Source: a virus (taxonomy: Duplodnaviria > Caudoviricetes). From it: a stretch of 25,077 nt of DNA. Made by a program: the position numbers and the translations under genes. Below are positions 8,269-16,897 of this stretch, piece by piece (within the stretch, counting starts at the first letter, position 1; every line of letters begins with the position of its first letter). The stretch covers positions 1 through 25,077 of the IMG/VR virus record IMGVR_UViG_3300032373_001179, one strand, 5' to 3'. The notes under the pieces are model-generated. The model had not been told where the DNA came from and did not search any database. It saw nothing but the letters and a program-made list of their open reading frames with translations.

Positions 8269-9167
8269 GCGGCGCAGCTATGATTAATCTATCATTAATC
8301 CCCGCACCTGATGCAGTTGAGGTGTTAGATTATGAAACGCTTTTGCAACAGCGCAAAGATGCGTTGATTGCACTTGATCCATCCCTTGCAGATGTGCTTG
8401 CTGTTGAATCAGAGCCATTAACCAAACTGCTTGAGCAAGATACTTATCGTGAATTATTAATCCGCCAACGTGATAATGATGCGGTGCGCGCGGTTATGCC
8501 TGCACATGCAACAGGGGCAGACCTTGATAACCTCTGTGTTTGGCGAAATATCCAAAGATTGATGATTGATGCTGGCAATGCGGCGGCTGTGCCTCCGATT
8601 GCGCCAACAATGGAATCTGATGCAGATTTGCTGAAGCGTTACTTGCTCTCTTTTACAGGTGAATCTGTGGCTGGACCAGCAGGCGCATACGATTTCCATG
8701 CTTTATCTGCTGACCCTGAGGTATTGGATGTAAGCACCACATCACCTGCACCATGTGAAGTGGTTGTAACCATACTATCGCGTGTTGCTGGTGGCATAGC
8801 ATCATTAGCCTTGCTCAATAAAGTCACCGCAGCATTATCAGCAGACACGGTTCGCCCGATTGGAGATAGGCTTACCGTTCAAGCAGCTGCCATCATCAAT
8901 TACAATATTGATGCTTCATTAACAGTTTATCCAGGACCAGATGCCACACTAGCATTAACCAATGCCAATGCGCGTTTGCAGGCTTATCTGGATGCAAACA
9001 ACAGGCTGGGGCATGACATTACGCGCTCTGGCATTTTGGCTGCACTTCATGTTGAGGGCGTACAAAACGTAAACCTAACCAGCCCTGTTGCTGATGTTGT
9101 GGTTGCGCCACATCAGGCTGCTTATAGCACAATCATCAATGTAGTGATTGGAGGCACCAATGTGTAG
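8265..9167 (+). CDS. Baseplate protein J
   Basis: INLS.IPAPD.VE.LDYE, ESEPL.KLL, A.GADLD.L, SVAGP.GAY.FHALSA, VRPIGDRLTV. Confidence 0.94.
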   Translation: MSGAAMINLSLIPAPDAVEVLDYETLLQQRKDALIALDPSLADVLAVESEPLTKLLEQDTYRELLIRQRDNDAVRAVMPAHATGADLDNLCVWRNIQRLMIDAGNAAAVPPIAPTMESDADLLKRYLLSFTGESVAGPAGAYDFHALSADPEVLDVSTTSPAPCEVVVTILSRVAGGIASLALLNKVTAALSADTVRPIGDRLTVQAAAIINYNIDASLTVYPGPDATLALTNANARLQAYLDANNRLGHDITRSGILAALHVEGVQNVNLTSPVADVVVAPHQAAYSTIINVVIGGTNV

Positions 9168-9174
9168 GCACTTA

Positions 9175-9240
9175 ACCCGCACATGGATGTGCGGCGGCAG
9201 AGCCGTAAGCAAAGCCGAGGGCATGGATGCTCTGAGGCGG
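9175..9240 (+). repeat. GGA-loop hairpin cluster, copy 1 (CsrA/RsmA-site-like or REP-like)
   Basis: CCGCACA-TGGA-TGTGCGG (9177-94), CGGC-AGA-GCCG, AGGGCA-TGGA-TGCTCT (9218-33); first 21 bp match 11701-11721 at 20/21. Confidence 0.75.
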
Positions 9241-9245
9241 ATATC

Positions 9246-9878
9246 ATGATTAAAACATTGCTACCACCCAATGCCACAAAGCTAGAGCGCGATATTGAGC
9301 AAGTGACTGCGGCGAAATATGACGTGCCTGATCACATTCGTGATGTGTGGAATGCGGATACATGCCCAGCCCATTTATTGCCTTGGTTGGCTTGGGCAAT
9401 GAGCGTGGACAACTGGGACTCACAATGGCCTGAACAAGTTAAACGGGACACGATTAAAAACAGCATTGCAGTGCATCAACGCAAAGGCACGGTCGCCGCC
9501 GTGCGCACAGCACTGGATGCCTTGGGTGTGCAGGTTGAAATCAGTGAGTGGTGGCAGACCAATGGTGTGGCTGGCACATTCGATTTGCTGGCATGGGCAA
9601 ACAGTAATCTTGGCGATGGCACAGCAGTTTTAAGCCAGAAGTTGTATGCAGACCTTGAGCAATCCATCAAAGAAGCTGCCCCCGTTTCACGACATTTTGC
9701 ATTTAAAGTAGGTGCACAATTTAAAGACACGCTTGGCCTCGCAGCAGGTGCCATCAAAACCACGATGGTTAACCGCAATACGGCAAATACAGACACGGCA
9801 CCTCTTCAATCTTTCTCAGCGCTCACAATTGCAGCGCATGCACATGTACACACTGTCGCACGATTAGGAGTATTATAA
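9246..9878 (+). CDS. Phage tail protein I (P2 family)
   Basis: LLPPNAT.LER, W...TCP..LLPWLAWA.SVD.W...WPE..KR, H..KGT..AV..AL; true start ATG 9246. Confidence 0.93.
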   Translation: MIKTLLPPNATKLERDIEQVTAAKYDVPDHIRDVWNADTCPAHLLPWLAWAMSVDNWDSQWPEQVKRDTIKNSIAVHQRKGTVAAVRTALDALGVQVEISEWWQTNGVAGTFDLLAWANSNLGDGTAVLSQKLYADLEQSIKEAAPVSRHFAFKVGAQFKDTLGLAAGAIKTTMVNRNTANTDTAPLQSFSALTIAAHAHVHTVARLGVL

Positions 9879-10393
9879 TGGATTTAACACCACTCATCAC
9901 CAACGCAGGTTTGCAAGCTGCCTTTAATGCCAGCAGCACAGGGCTGGCGGCTAATATTACACATATTGCACTCGGATCAGGCAGCTATGCGCCAAACGCA
10001 GCGCAAACAGGCTTAACCAATGAAGTCATGCGTGTGCCGATTGCCGATGGAAAAATGCTTGATGCTAAACAACTACATGTCACCGCCATTGCATCAGGTG
10101 TTCAGCAATTTTGGGTACGCGAAGTCGGTTTCTTTTTAGCCGATGGCACGTTGCTGGCAGTGTGGAGTGATACAGGCATTGCCTTGGCTTACAAGTCTGC
10201 TTCCGTGGATTTATTGCTTGCCTTTGATTTGGCATTGGCTGCCTTGCCAGCGAACGCCATCACTATTTTATCAACGGGCGCATCACTGAACCTGAATTTT
10301 GCAGGTGAACTCGCTGAACTTGCAACCGCCAGCATTGGCAATATGACAAGACAAATTCAACTCGAAACAAGACTAAGAAACGGAGGATTATAA
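9878..10393 (+). CDS. Tail-collar / tail fibre N-terminal (baseplate-attachment) protein
   Basis: LIT.AGL.A, ITHIALG.G.Y.P...QT.L..E, FWVREVG..L.DGTLLAV; only 171 aa. Confidence 0.85.
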   Translation: MDLTPLITNAGLQAAFNASSTGLAANITHIALGSGSYAPNAAQTGLTNEVMRVPIADGKMLDAKQLHVTAIASGVQQFWVREVGFFLADGTLLAVWSDTGIALAYKSASVDLLLAFDLALAALPANAITILSTGASLNLNFAGELAELATASIGNMTRQIQLETRLRNGGL

Positions 10394-10394
10394 C

Positions 10395-11009
10395 ATGGCT
10401 TTAGAACAACAAATTGCTGCATTGGCTACAGAAGCCAATGCACTCACAACTGAAGTGACAGGCAAAATGGCCGCGATTGATGCGAAAGTTGCAGCCAAAG
10501 AGCTTGAAGTTGACAACTATCTTGCAACAGCTGATACAAAATATATCAGTCACATCGGTTTTCCGATTGATTTAACTCAAGGCGACCCGAATACTTATTA
10601 TCCAGTTATTTTGCCGAACAGCAGAATGTCGGGAATTCACAGTGTGAATATTTCAAGAGGATACTATCATCAAGACGGTCTCAACCTCGGTGGTTGCGAA
10701 CTTCGCGTTGAATATCGACTAGACCATTGGCCAAATAACGGCGATCTTTATAAAGCGACGCTTTATAAAGATAGTATACACCAACTTTGTGGTGGTATTG
10801 AGCGAGCAGGTGTAGCAGGAGTTGCTGTGTTCTTACTCGGCGGACGAACATATACAGTGCGTTCAAATGTTCCGGCTGTTGTCACGCAACTGTCAGTTGA
10901 TGCTTTGCCCGCTGCCAAGGTGTTGGTCAGTAGCCTTAACGCAATACTGTCTTACGATCACCAACCAACAATCACCCCATTATTAAGTGCGCCTGTTGTA
11001 ACAGTTTAA
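10395..11009 (+). CDS. Putative receptor-binding tail fibre distal protein
   Basis: N-terminal coiled coil (MALEQQIAAL...AIDAKV) then a beta-rich aromatic domain (PNTYYPV, ISRGYY); SD GGAGG; position after the fibre N-terminal gene. Confidence 0.6.
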   Translation: MALEQQIAALATEANALTTEVTGKMAAIDAKVAAKELEVDNYLATADTKYISHIGFPIDLTQGDPNTYYPVILPNSRMSGIHSVNISRGYYHQDGLNLGGCELRVEYRLDHWPNNGDLYKATLYKDSIHQLCGGIERAGVAGVAVFLLGGRTYTVRSNVPAVVTQLSVDALPAAKVLVSSLNAILSYDHQPTITPLLSAPVVTV

Positions 11010-11036
11010 TAATAATAGAAGAAGGAGAAAAAGACG

Positions 11037-11420
11037 ATGAAGAAAACACAACAAGAGATTGCTGATGCGTTACAAATTATCGCAAACGAACAGTCGCAAA
11101 TAAAACGCGGGCATGTTCGCAATGTCATTCAAGAGACCGCTGGTGATATACCAAGCCTGCTCGGCACTATAGCTGATGTAGCGCAATTGTTGCTCGTTGC
11201 ACACTGTCACGTGATTGACGGTATCAGCAAAGCCACAACGATTGCCGAAATCAAAGCTGTCGCAAACACCAGCCCTTTGGCTGCTGATGCAGTTGTTTTA
11301 CTTGCAGATATTGCAGCAGGCACGGTCAAAATGCCTTATTTACTAAAAGGTGAACCTGCTGTGATTGCAGATATTAAAACACGCGCAACTGCGGTGGCAA
11401 CTGCATTGGGTGCCAAATAA
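11037..11420 (+). CDS. Hypothetical protein, possible tail fibre assembly chaperone
   Basis: SD AAGGAG; helical; R..I...AGD..SLLGT.AD motif; position after the fibre gene. Confidence 0.55.
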   Translation: MKKTQQEIADALQIIANEQSQIKRGHVRNVIQETAGDIPSLLGTIADVAQLLLVAHCHVIDGISKATTIAEIKAVANTSPLAADAVVLLADIAAGTVKMPYLLKGEPAVIADIKTRATAVATALGAK

Positions 11421-11701
11421 TGAGCGGAACTATGATTGATAAAACGCTAAGCGTGATTCCCATTGATAAGCAGCTGCACGGGCTTTGGCTTTTCTTTTTC
11501 ACCACAGCATTACTACATGGGCTATTGCTTACACCGCTATCAACAACATGGATAAACACCATCGTGGTTTGTATTGCGATGGCCATTGTGCTGATTAAAG
11601 AAAAGCTGGACGGGAAAACCAACAGCAAACGAGAACACCTTAACGACATCATCGCAGGTGTGGTCGGGCTAATTGCCGCACTTGTAGTGAATTATATATG
11701 A
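11420..11701 (+). CDS. Small membrane protein (about 3 hydrophobic segments, DK.LH...KE..D...D..A motif)
   Basis: Hydrophobic stretches; start overlaps the upstream stop (TAATG). Confidence 0.7.
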   Translation: MSGTMIDKTLSVIPIDKQLHGLWLFFFTTALLHGLLLTPLSTTWINTIVVCIAMAIVLIKEKLDGKTNSKREHLNDIIAGVVGLIAALVVNYI

Positions 11702-11800
11702 CCCGCACATGGATGTGTGGCTTTAGTAAATGCAGCAAGACCGCGCTCTTGCGAAATGAAAACAAGCAAGGGGCAGGATGCTCCCGAGCGAATGACTAAA
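11701..11800 (+). repeat. GGA-loop hairpin cluster, copy 2 (CsrA/RsmA-site-like or REP-like)
   Basis: CCGCACA-TGGA-TGTGTGG (11703-20), GCAAGA-ccgcgc-TCTTGC, GGGGCA-GGA-TGCTCC; TTTAGT(11722-27)/ACTAAA(11795-800) could close the distal part. Confidence 0.75.
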
Positions 11801-11815
11801 TTATAGGAGGCTATT

Positions 11816-13006
11816 ATGCCAGCAGCATTTTTACATGGCGTGGAGATTGTTGAGAATCAGAATGGAGTACGTCCCGTTCGAGCAGTACGATCATCAATCA
11901 TTGGTGTGGTGGGCACAGCCCCCAATGCCGACCCTTTAAAATTCCCACTGGACACACCTGTGTTGGTGGCAGGTAGCCGCACAGAAGCTGCGGCACTAGA
12001 CACACTGGGCACAGGCTTAGGCACACTGCCTGCTGTCATGGATGATATTTTTGACCAAGCTGGCGCATTGGTTGTTGTCATTCGTGTTGCCGAGGGCATT
12101 AGTAGCACAGGCATTAGTGCCGCCGCCGCAACCAAAGCCAATGTGATTGGTGGCGTAGATGTTGGCGGCTTCAGAACAGGGATTCAGGCATTGCTTGATG
12201 CACAAACTAAGGTGGGATTTGTGCCACGCATCTTGATTGCACCAGGTTGGACAAATGATCTCGCTGTTGTGAACGATATGATTGCGATTGCTGACAAACT
12301 GCGTGGTATCATTATTGCCGATGGCACCAATACTACTGATGCCGCGGCGATTGCGTATCGCGCTAACTTTGGTTCACGCCGCGTGTTTGTCGTTGATCCT
12401 GCGGTTGAAGTGTTTGATACAGTATCGGCAAGCAATGTCATTCGCCCTGCTTCAGGGCGCGTAGCAGGATTGATTGCTAAATCTGATGCAGAGCGTGGCT
12501 ATTGGCATTCACCATCCAATCAACTTATCAATGGTATCGTTGGTCTGGCGCGAGATATCGACTTCACCTTTGGTGATGCAACAAGTCGAGCGAATTTGCT
12601 CAATGAAAAAGAAGTGACCACCATCATTCGACAAGATGGTTTCAGGCTTTGGGGCAATCGCACATGCAGTGCTGATCCAAAGTGGGCTTTCCTTTCTGTG
12701 GTGCGTACCAACGACATGATTAATGAAGCTATTCTTCAATCTCATTTGTGGGCAGTGGATCGTAATATCACTAAGACATATGTCGAAGAGGTACTTGAGG
12801 GCATCAATGCCTACTTGCGTAGCTTGGTTGCGCGTGAAGTGATTCTCGGTGGTAAAGCTTGGGTTGATCCAGCTTTCAACACAGCAGCACAAATCACACA
12901 AGGTAATGTCACTTTTGATTATGACTTTACCCCACCATATCCAGCAGAACGTATCACCATGCGCTCTCATCTGGTGAACGATTACATTCAGGAGGTGTTT
13001 AAATGA
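11816..13006 (+). CDS. Tail sheath protein (P2 FI family)
   Basis: FLHGVE..E, PRILIAPG, YW.SPSN, AN.LNE..VTTII...GFRLWGNRT, DYDFTP..PAE. Confidence 0.96.
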   Translation: MPAAFLHGVEIVENQNGVRPVRAVRSSIIGVVGTAPNADPLKFPLDTPVLVAGSRTEAAALDTLGTGLGTLPAVMDDIFDQAGALVVVIRVAEGISSTGISAAAATKANVIGGVDVGGFRTGIQALLDAQTKVGFVPRILIAPGWTNDLAVVNDMIAIADKLRGIIIADGTNTTDAAAIAYRANFGSRRVFVVDPAVEVFDTVSASNVIRPASGRVAGLIAKSDAERGYWHSPSNQLINGIVGLARDIDFTFGDATSRANLLNEKEVTTIIRQDGFRLWGNRTCSADPKWAFLSVVRTNDMINEAILQSHLWAVDRNITKTYVEEVLEGINAYLRSLVAREVILGGKAWVDPAFNTAAQITQGNVTFDYDFTPPYPAERITMRSHLVNDYIQEVFK

Positions 13007-13506
13007 TAGCAGAACGGATTACCCAATTTAATGTATTTGTCGACGGTGTCGGCAAGGCAGGGCTTTGCGAAGAGCTAACGCTGCCCAAAATCGTAGCTGC
13101 CACTGAAGAATTTCAGGGCGGCGGCATGGCAGCACCCATTGAACTGCTTATGGGAACCTTGGAAAAACTCGATGCAGATTTTTCACTCAAGGGCATTGAT
13201 GGGGCAACGCTGAAGCTGTTTGGCATTGTGGAAGGTGGCGATGTGCCGTTGACCTTCCGTGGTGCGATTCAAGCTGAAGGTGGCACCATCAAACCTATGG
13301 TTGTGTCCATGCGTGGCATCTTGAAAGAGATTGACCTTGGTGCTGTGAAGGTGGGTGAAAACACCACCAAATACAGCATGAACTTGCGCTACTTTAAATT
13401 GGAATTGGACGGTGAAGTTATCTACGACATCGATGTCATGACCAATACCGTGATTATCAATGGTAACGATCAAACTGCGGATATCCGCAGCGCGTTGGGG
13501 ATGTGA
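13003..13506 (+). CDS. Major tail tube protein (P2 FII family)
   Basis: FNVFVDG...G..EELTLPK, E..GGGM, LTFRGA, YFKLE.DG..IY.ID, ING.DQ...IR.ALG. Confidence 0.94.
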   Translation: MIAERITQFNVFVDGVGKAGLCEELTLPKIVAATEEFQGGGMAAPIELLMGTLEKLDADFSLKGIDGATLKLFGIVEGGDVPLTFRGAIQAEGGTIKPMVVSMRGILKEIDLGAVKVGENTTKYSMNLRYFKLELDGEVIYDIDVMTNTVIINGNDQTADIRSALGM

Positions 13507-13508
13507 TC

Positions 13509-13679
13509 ATGTCAAATACACAAACAAACAATAAAACTTATGTGGTGCTTAAGGCTTTTGGTGGTCATGCCAAAGGCGACGAGCTTGCCTTGAATGATCG
13601 TCAAGCGCAGTTCCTGGTCACGTCTCGCCAGATTGAAGAAAAAGGTAAAAAAGCTAAGGCTTCAGGGGGTGCGGTATGA
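13509..13679 (+). CDS. Small hypothetical protein (56 aa; below ORF-track cutoff)
   Basis: MSNTQTNNKTYVVLKAFGGHAKGDELALNDRQAQFLVTSRQIEEKGKKAKASGGAV; fills the gap exactly and overlaps the next gene via ATGA. Confidence 0.75.
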   Translation: MSNTQTNNKTYVVLKAFGGHAKGDELALNDRQAQFLVTSRQIEEKGKKAKASGGAV

Positions 13680-13918
13680 GTGAAGCTATTGAACTGGAGC
13701 ATCCTGTAACGGTTGAAGGTCAAGAAGTTTCATCTTTGAATATTCGCCGCCCCAAAGTGCGTGACATGATGGTTGCTGATGCAACAGCAACGACCGATGG
13801 AGCAAAAGAAGTGGCGATGTTTGCCAATTTATGTGAAGTGGATGAAAAGGTTATCCATGAGCTTGATTTGGCTGATTATCAGAAGCTACAGGAGACCTAC
13901 CAAGGTTTTTTATCCTAG
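13676..13918 (+). CDS. Tail assembly chaperone (P2 gpE / Mu gp41 family)
   Basis: I.L..PV.V.G.....L..RRPKVRD, E...FANLC, LD..DY.KLQ..Y..FL. Confidence 0.92.
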   Translation: MSEAIELEHPVTVEGQEVSSLNIRRPKVRDMMVADATATTDGAKEVAMFANLCEVDEKVIHELDLADYQKLQETYQGFLS

Positions 13919-14043
13919 AGCCCCAGTTGGTGCGCCGAGCATGTTTTGTGCTCGCTACGCACACGGGGTGGGCACCATCTGAAATGGGGGGATGGACTGC
14001 TGAAGAGCTCATGTTATGGCTTGACGAATGCCCAAAAAAATAG
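13906..14043 (+). CDS. gpE' extension expressed by -1 programmed frameshift (E+E')
   Basis: T6 run 13906-13911 just before the E stop; -1 frame reads FILEPQLVRRACFVLATHTGWAPSEMGGWTAEELMLWLDECPKK*, with the gpE'-type W.PSE......EL..W motif. Confidence 0.85.
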   Translation, partial: FFILEPQLVRRACFVLATHTGWAPSEMGGWTAEELMLWLDECPKK

Positions 14044-14068
14044 CCGAAAAAACAAGGAGTGAGTAAAA

Positions 14069-16291
14069 ATGGATAGAGAGCTGAAGCTTAACCTTGTTGT
14101 TGGGGCGGCACTTGGGAAAAGTTATGCCAAGGTATTCTCTAACGCTACGAAAAAGGTTAAAATCCTTGGCAGCTCTTTAGCTAAATCCAAAGATTTACGC
14201 GACTCTATTGGACGGTTCAAGCAGCTTAAGAAAACAGTTGGAAATACCGCCCAAGAAATGAAGTTGGCACAAAACGATGTCAGCAATCTTGCACGAAAAA
14301 TAAAGTCTACAGACAAACCATCTAAACAGATGGTGAGAAACTTTGAACAGGCGAAAAAGAAGTCAGCTCGCCTTAAAGAAGCTCATCAAAAACAAACCCA
14401 TCAGCTTCACAAGTTAAGAAAAGAAATGCGTGGTGCAGGTGTTGATACTCGCAACTTAATCCACGATGAAAAACGCCTTGGCCAAAGTTTCGACAAAACG
14501 CGTAAAAAGCTTGATCGTCTTAATAAAGCTCAGGCTGGAAAGCAAAGAGCTGAAGGACGGTTTGGCGCACTTAAAGGCAGAGCTCTTGGTGCTATTGGGC
14601 TTGCCTATGGAGCCAGCCGAATGATTGGTGGCTCATTTGATTTGGAAGATAAGAAAATGCAGTTGGGTGATGTCATCACGGGCAAAAATCGCGAAGCAAG
14701 GTTACAGGCCTCGCTGCAACACGCTCGTTTGTTTTCCAAAAAATCACTAGCGAGTGAAGCTGATGTGTTGGAAATTGATTATGCGCTGCGTTCATCTGGG
14801 TTGGATGATAAGGCAGCTCAGTTTGGTTCGGAGATTGTATCCAAGGTTGCCACTGTAACCAAAGGCTCAGCTTCCGATGTGGGGTTTATTATCGGGGATG
14901 TGTTTACCAACATGAGCGCAGCAATGGAAGGCTCTGTTGAAGATAAGCTTAAACGAATTGGCGATGTGCTCACCAAAACAAAGAACTTATTCTCAATCAA
15001 AGACTTTAATCAATTGGGTGAAGGCTTAAAAGAAGGGTTATCAGGTGCAATCGCAAATAATGTAAGTTTAGAAGAAACGGCGGCATTGATTGGTCAAATC
15101 AACAACGGCATGCTCAAAGGGTCTCAAGCGGGTACAGGTTTAAATGCCATGTTGCGCCAGCTTCCTAAAGCATCAGAAGATTTAGGTTTTGAAATTATAC
15201 GAGACAATAATGGGGCATTGGATGTCATTGCGACACTTGAAGGCTTAAAATATGCGATGGATGATATTACGGACATCGATGAGAAAGCCATGATGCTCCA
15301 AAAATCATTTGGTGACGAAGGCAAAAAAGCGCTTGTTCCATTGCTTGCAAATCTTGATGCACTCAAGAAAAACTTTGTTGAAGTGCGTGATAAGGCCGAC
15401 GGCACTTTTGATGAAGGTTACCAGCGGCGCATAAAATCCGCATCAGGCCAGTGGCTTATGTTTAAACAAAATGCTGGGCAGGTTGGGACAACGCTGGCAA
15501 ACACCTTATTACCATCTATTAATGCTGTGCTTACACCTGTTGTAAAACTGATGGGATGGGTCGCAACAGGTATTGAAAAGTTTCCTGTCCTTGGTTACGT
15601 CGTTGGTGGGCTTGCAACAGCTTTCATGATTGGAGCGACAGCGATAGGCGTTGTTACGGCAGCGCAATGGCTATGGAACGCAGCATTGTTGGCAAACCCT
15701 ATTGGTTTGGTCATCGCTGGCGTTGCAACACTGGCAGCGGGTGCGTGGCTCATTTATGATAATTGGGATGCAATAGGCACTTGGTTTGGTGGGGTGATTA
15801 CAGGCATGGGGATAGTCTTAAATGAAACATGGAGTGGTGTGACCCAGTGGTTTAATGAAAAAACCGCATCGTGGATGACCACATTTACAGACATGAGTTC
15901 AGGCTTAAAAAAAGCATGGCAATCTATATCTGAATGGTTTGGCAAGAAACTTGATTGGATTAAAGGAAAAGTAGAATTTATTGGTGATGCCTGGAACTCT
16001 ATATTTGGCGGCGATGACCAAACGACAACACCCTCCTCCTCTGGGCAAACCAGACGGAAATCACGCAAACATATTGCTACAGTGGCAGCCGCCTCCATCG
16101 CCACAGCAATGCCCGTGGCTTCAATGGCACAACCCACACAAATCACGAATACCGAGAACTACCAAATTACAATGCAACAACAACCAGGACAAAACACTGC
16201 CGATTTGGTGGATGAATTTGAGCGCGAAATTAAACGCAGAAAAGCGCAACGCTCACGCTCGGCGATGGGTGATCAGGGAGACCTCGAATGA
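14069..16291 (+). CDS. Tail tape measure protein
   Basis: 740 aa helical; basic N-terminus, GSQAGT.L.AML core, ANPIGLVI hydrophobic region, Trp-periodic C-terminal repeats. Confidence 0.93.
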   Translation: MDRELKLNLVVGAALGKSYAKVFSNATKKVKILGSSLAKSKDLRDSIGRFKQLKKTVGNTAQEMKLAQNDVSNLARKIKSTDKPSKQMVRNFEQAKKKSARLKEAHQKQTHQLHKLRKEMRGAGVDTRNLIHDEKRLGQSFDKTRKKLDRLNKAQAGKQRAEGRFGALKGRALGAIGLAYGASRMIGGSFDLEDKKMQLGDVITGKNREARLQASLQHARLFSKKSLASEADVLEIDYALRSSGLDDKAAQFGSEIVSKVATVTKGSASDVGFIIGDVFTNMSAAMEGSVEDKLKRIGDVLTKTKNLFSIKDFNQLGEGLKEGLSGAIANNVSLEETAALIGQINNGMLKGSQAGTGLNAMLRQLPKASEDLGFEIIRDNNGALDVIATLEGLKYAMDDITDIDEKAMMLQKSFGDEGKKALVPLLANLDALKKNFVEVRDKADGTFDEGYQRRIKSASGQWLMFKQNAGQVGTTLANTLLPSINAVLTPVVKLMGWVATGIEKFPVLGYVVGGLATAFMIGATAIGVVTAAQWLWNAALLANPIGLVIAGVATLAAGAWLIYDNWDAIGTWFGGVITGMGIVLNETWSGVTQWFNEKTASWMTTFTDMSSGLKKAWQSISEWFGKKLDWIKGKVEFIGDAWNSIFGGDDQTTTPSSSGQTRRKSRKHIATVAAASIATAMPVASMAQPTQITNTENYQITMQQQPGQNTADLVDEFEREIKRRKAQRSRSAMGDQGDLE

Positions 16292-16689
16292 ATGTGTTAA
16301 TGCAGCTTGGGTTGTTTCCATTTTCCATTGAAACGGCGGCTTATCAAGAATTGAAACGCACAACCGAATACCGCTGGGGGAAAGTGGAGCGCTTCGGCAA
16401 AGCACCTGCCAAACAGTTCACTGGTTTAGGCGATGATGTGATTGATTTATCAGGCACGGTATACCCAAATTGGAAAGGCGGCTTGCTACAAATTTCTATC
16501 ATTCGCGCCTTGGCTGGCACGGGTGAGCCGCAGCGCATGGTGGCGATGCCATCAATGGGCTTAGGTGTGGATCATGGATTATGGTGTATTGAGCGGGTTG
16601 AAGAAGAGCAATCAGATATCCGTGCTTGGGGTGTGCCTGCCAAACAACGCTTTCGCATTCGGTTGTCTGCTTATGGAGAAGATAGCTGA
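16288..16689 (+). CDS. Tail protein U (P2 gpU family)
   Basis: LMQLG.F.FS..TAAYQEL.R...YRW....R....PA.QF.G.G.D.I.LSG.VYP. Confidence 0.92.
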   Translation: MNVLMQLGLFPFSIETAAYQELKRTTEYRWGKVERFGKAPAKQFTGLGDDVIDLSGTVYPNWKGGLLQISIIRALAGTGEPQRMVAMPSMGLGVDHGLWCIERVEEEQSDIRAWGVPAKQRFRIRLSAYGEDS

Positions 16690-16895
16690 TGGCCACTTAC
16701 ACCACAAAAGCAGGCGATATGGTGGATGAAGTGTGTTTTAAACATTATGGCCATGATGCTGGCATGACAGAGAAAGTGTTGGAAGCAAACGTGGGGCTGG
16801 CTGATTTCGGCGCAGTCTTGCCAGCAGGCATCACCATCATATTACCTGACCATTTAACACGCGCTGATGCAGCGCTAGTACGGCTTTGGAGCTAA
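16689..16895 (+). CDS. Tail protein X (LysM-like)
   Basis: Y.T..GD.VD.VC..HYG, VLEAN.GLA..G..LPAG..I.LP, V.LW. Confidence 0.93.
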   Translation: MATYTTKAGDMVDEVCFKHYGHDAGMTEKVLEANVGLADFGAVLPAGITIILPDHLTRADAALVRLWS

Positions 16896-16897
16896 CC

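Noticed and set aside
9183-9245. N-terminal extension of tail protein I (MDVRRQSRKQ...)
   Set aside because: The ATG lies inside the hairpin repeat; family similarity begins at MIKTLLPPNA (9246)
10395-11815. Diversity-generating retroelement or Gin-type invertible fibre segment
   Set aside because: No reverse transcriptase, no TR/VR-like repeat pair seen, no invertase, and no oppositely oriented fibre genes; the flanking repeats are direct
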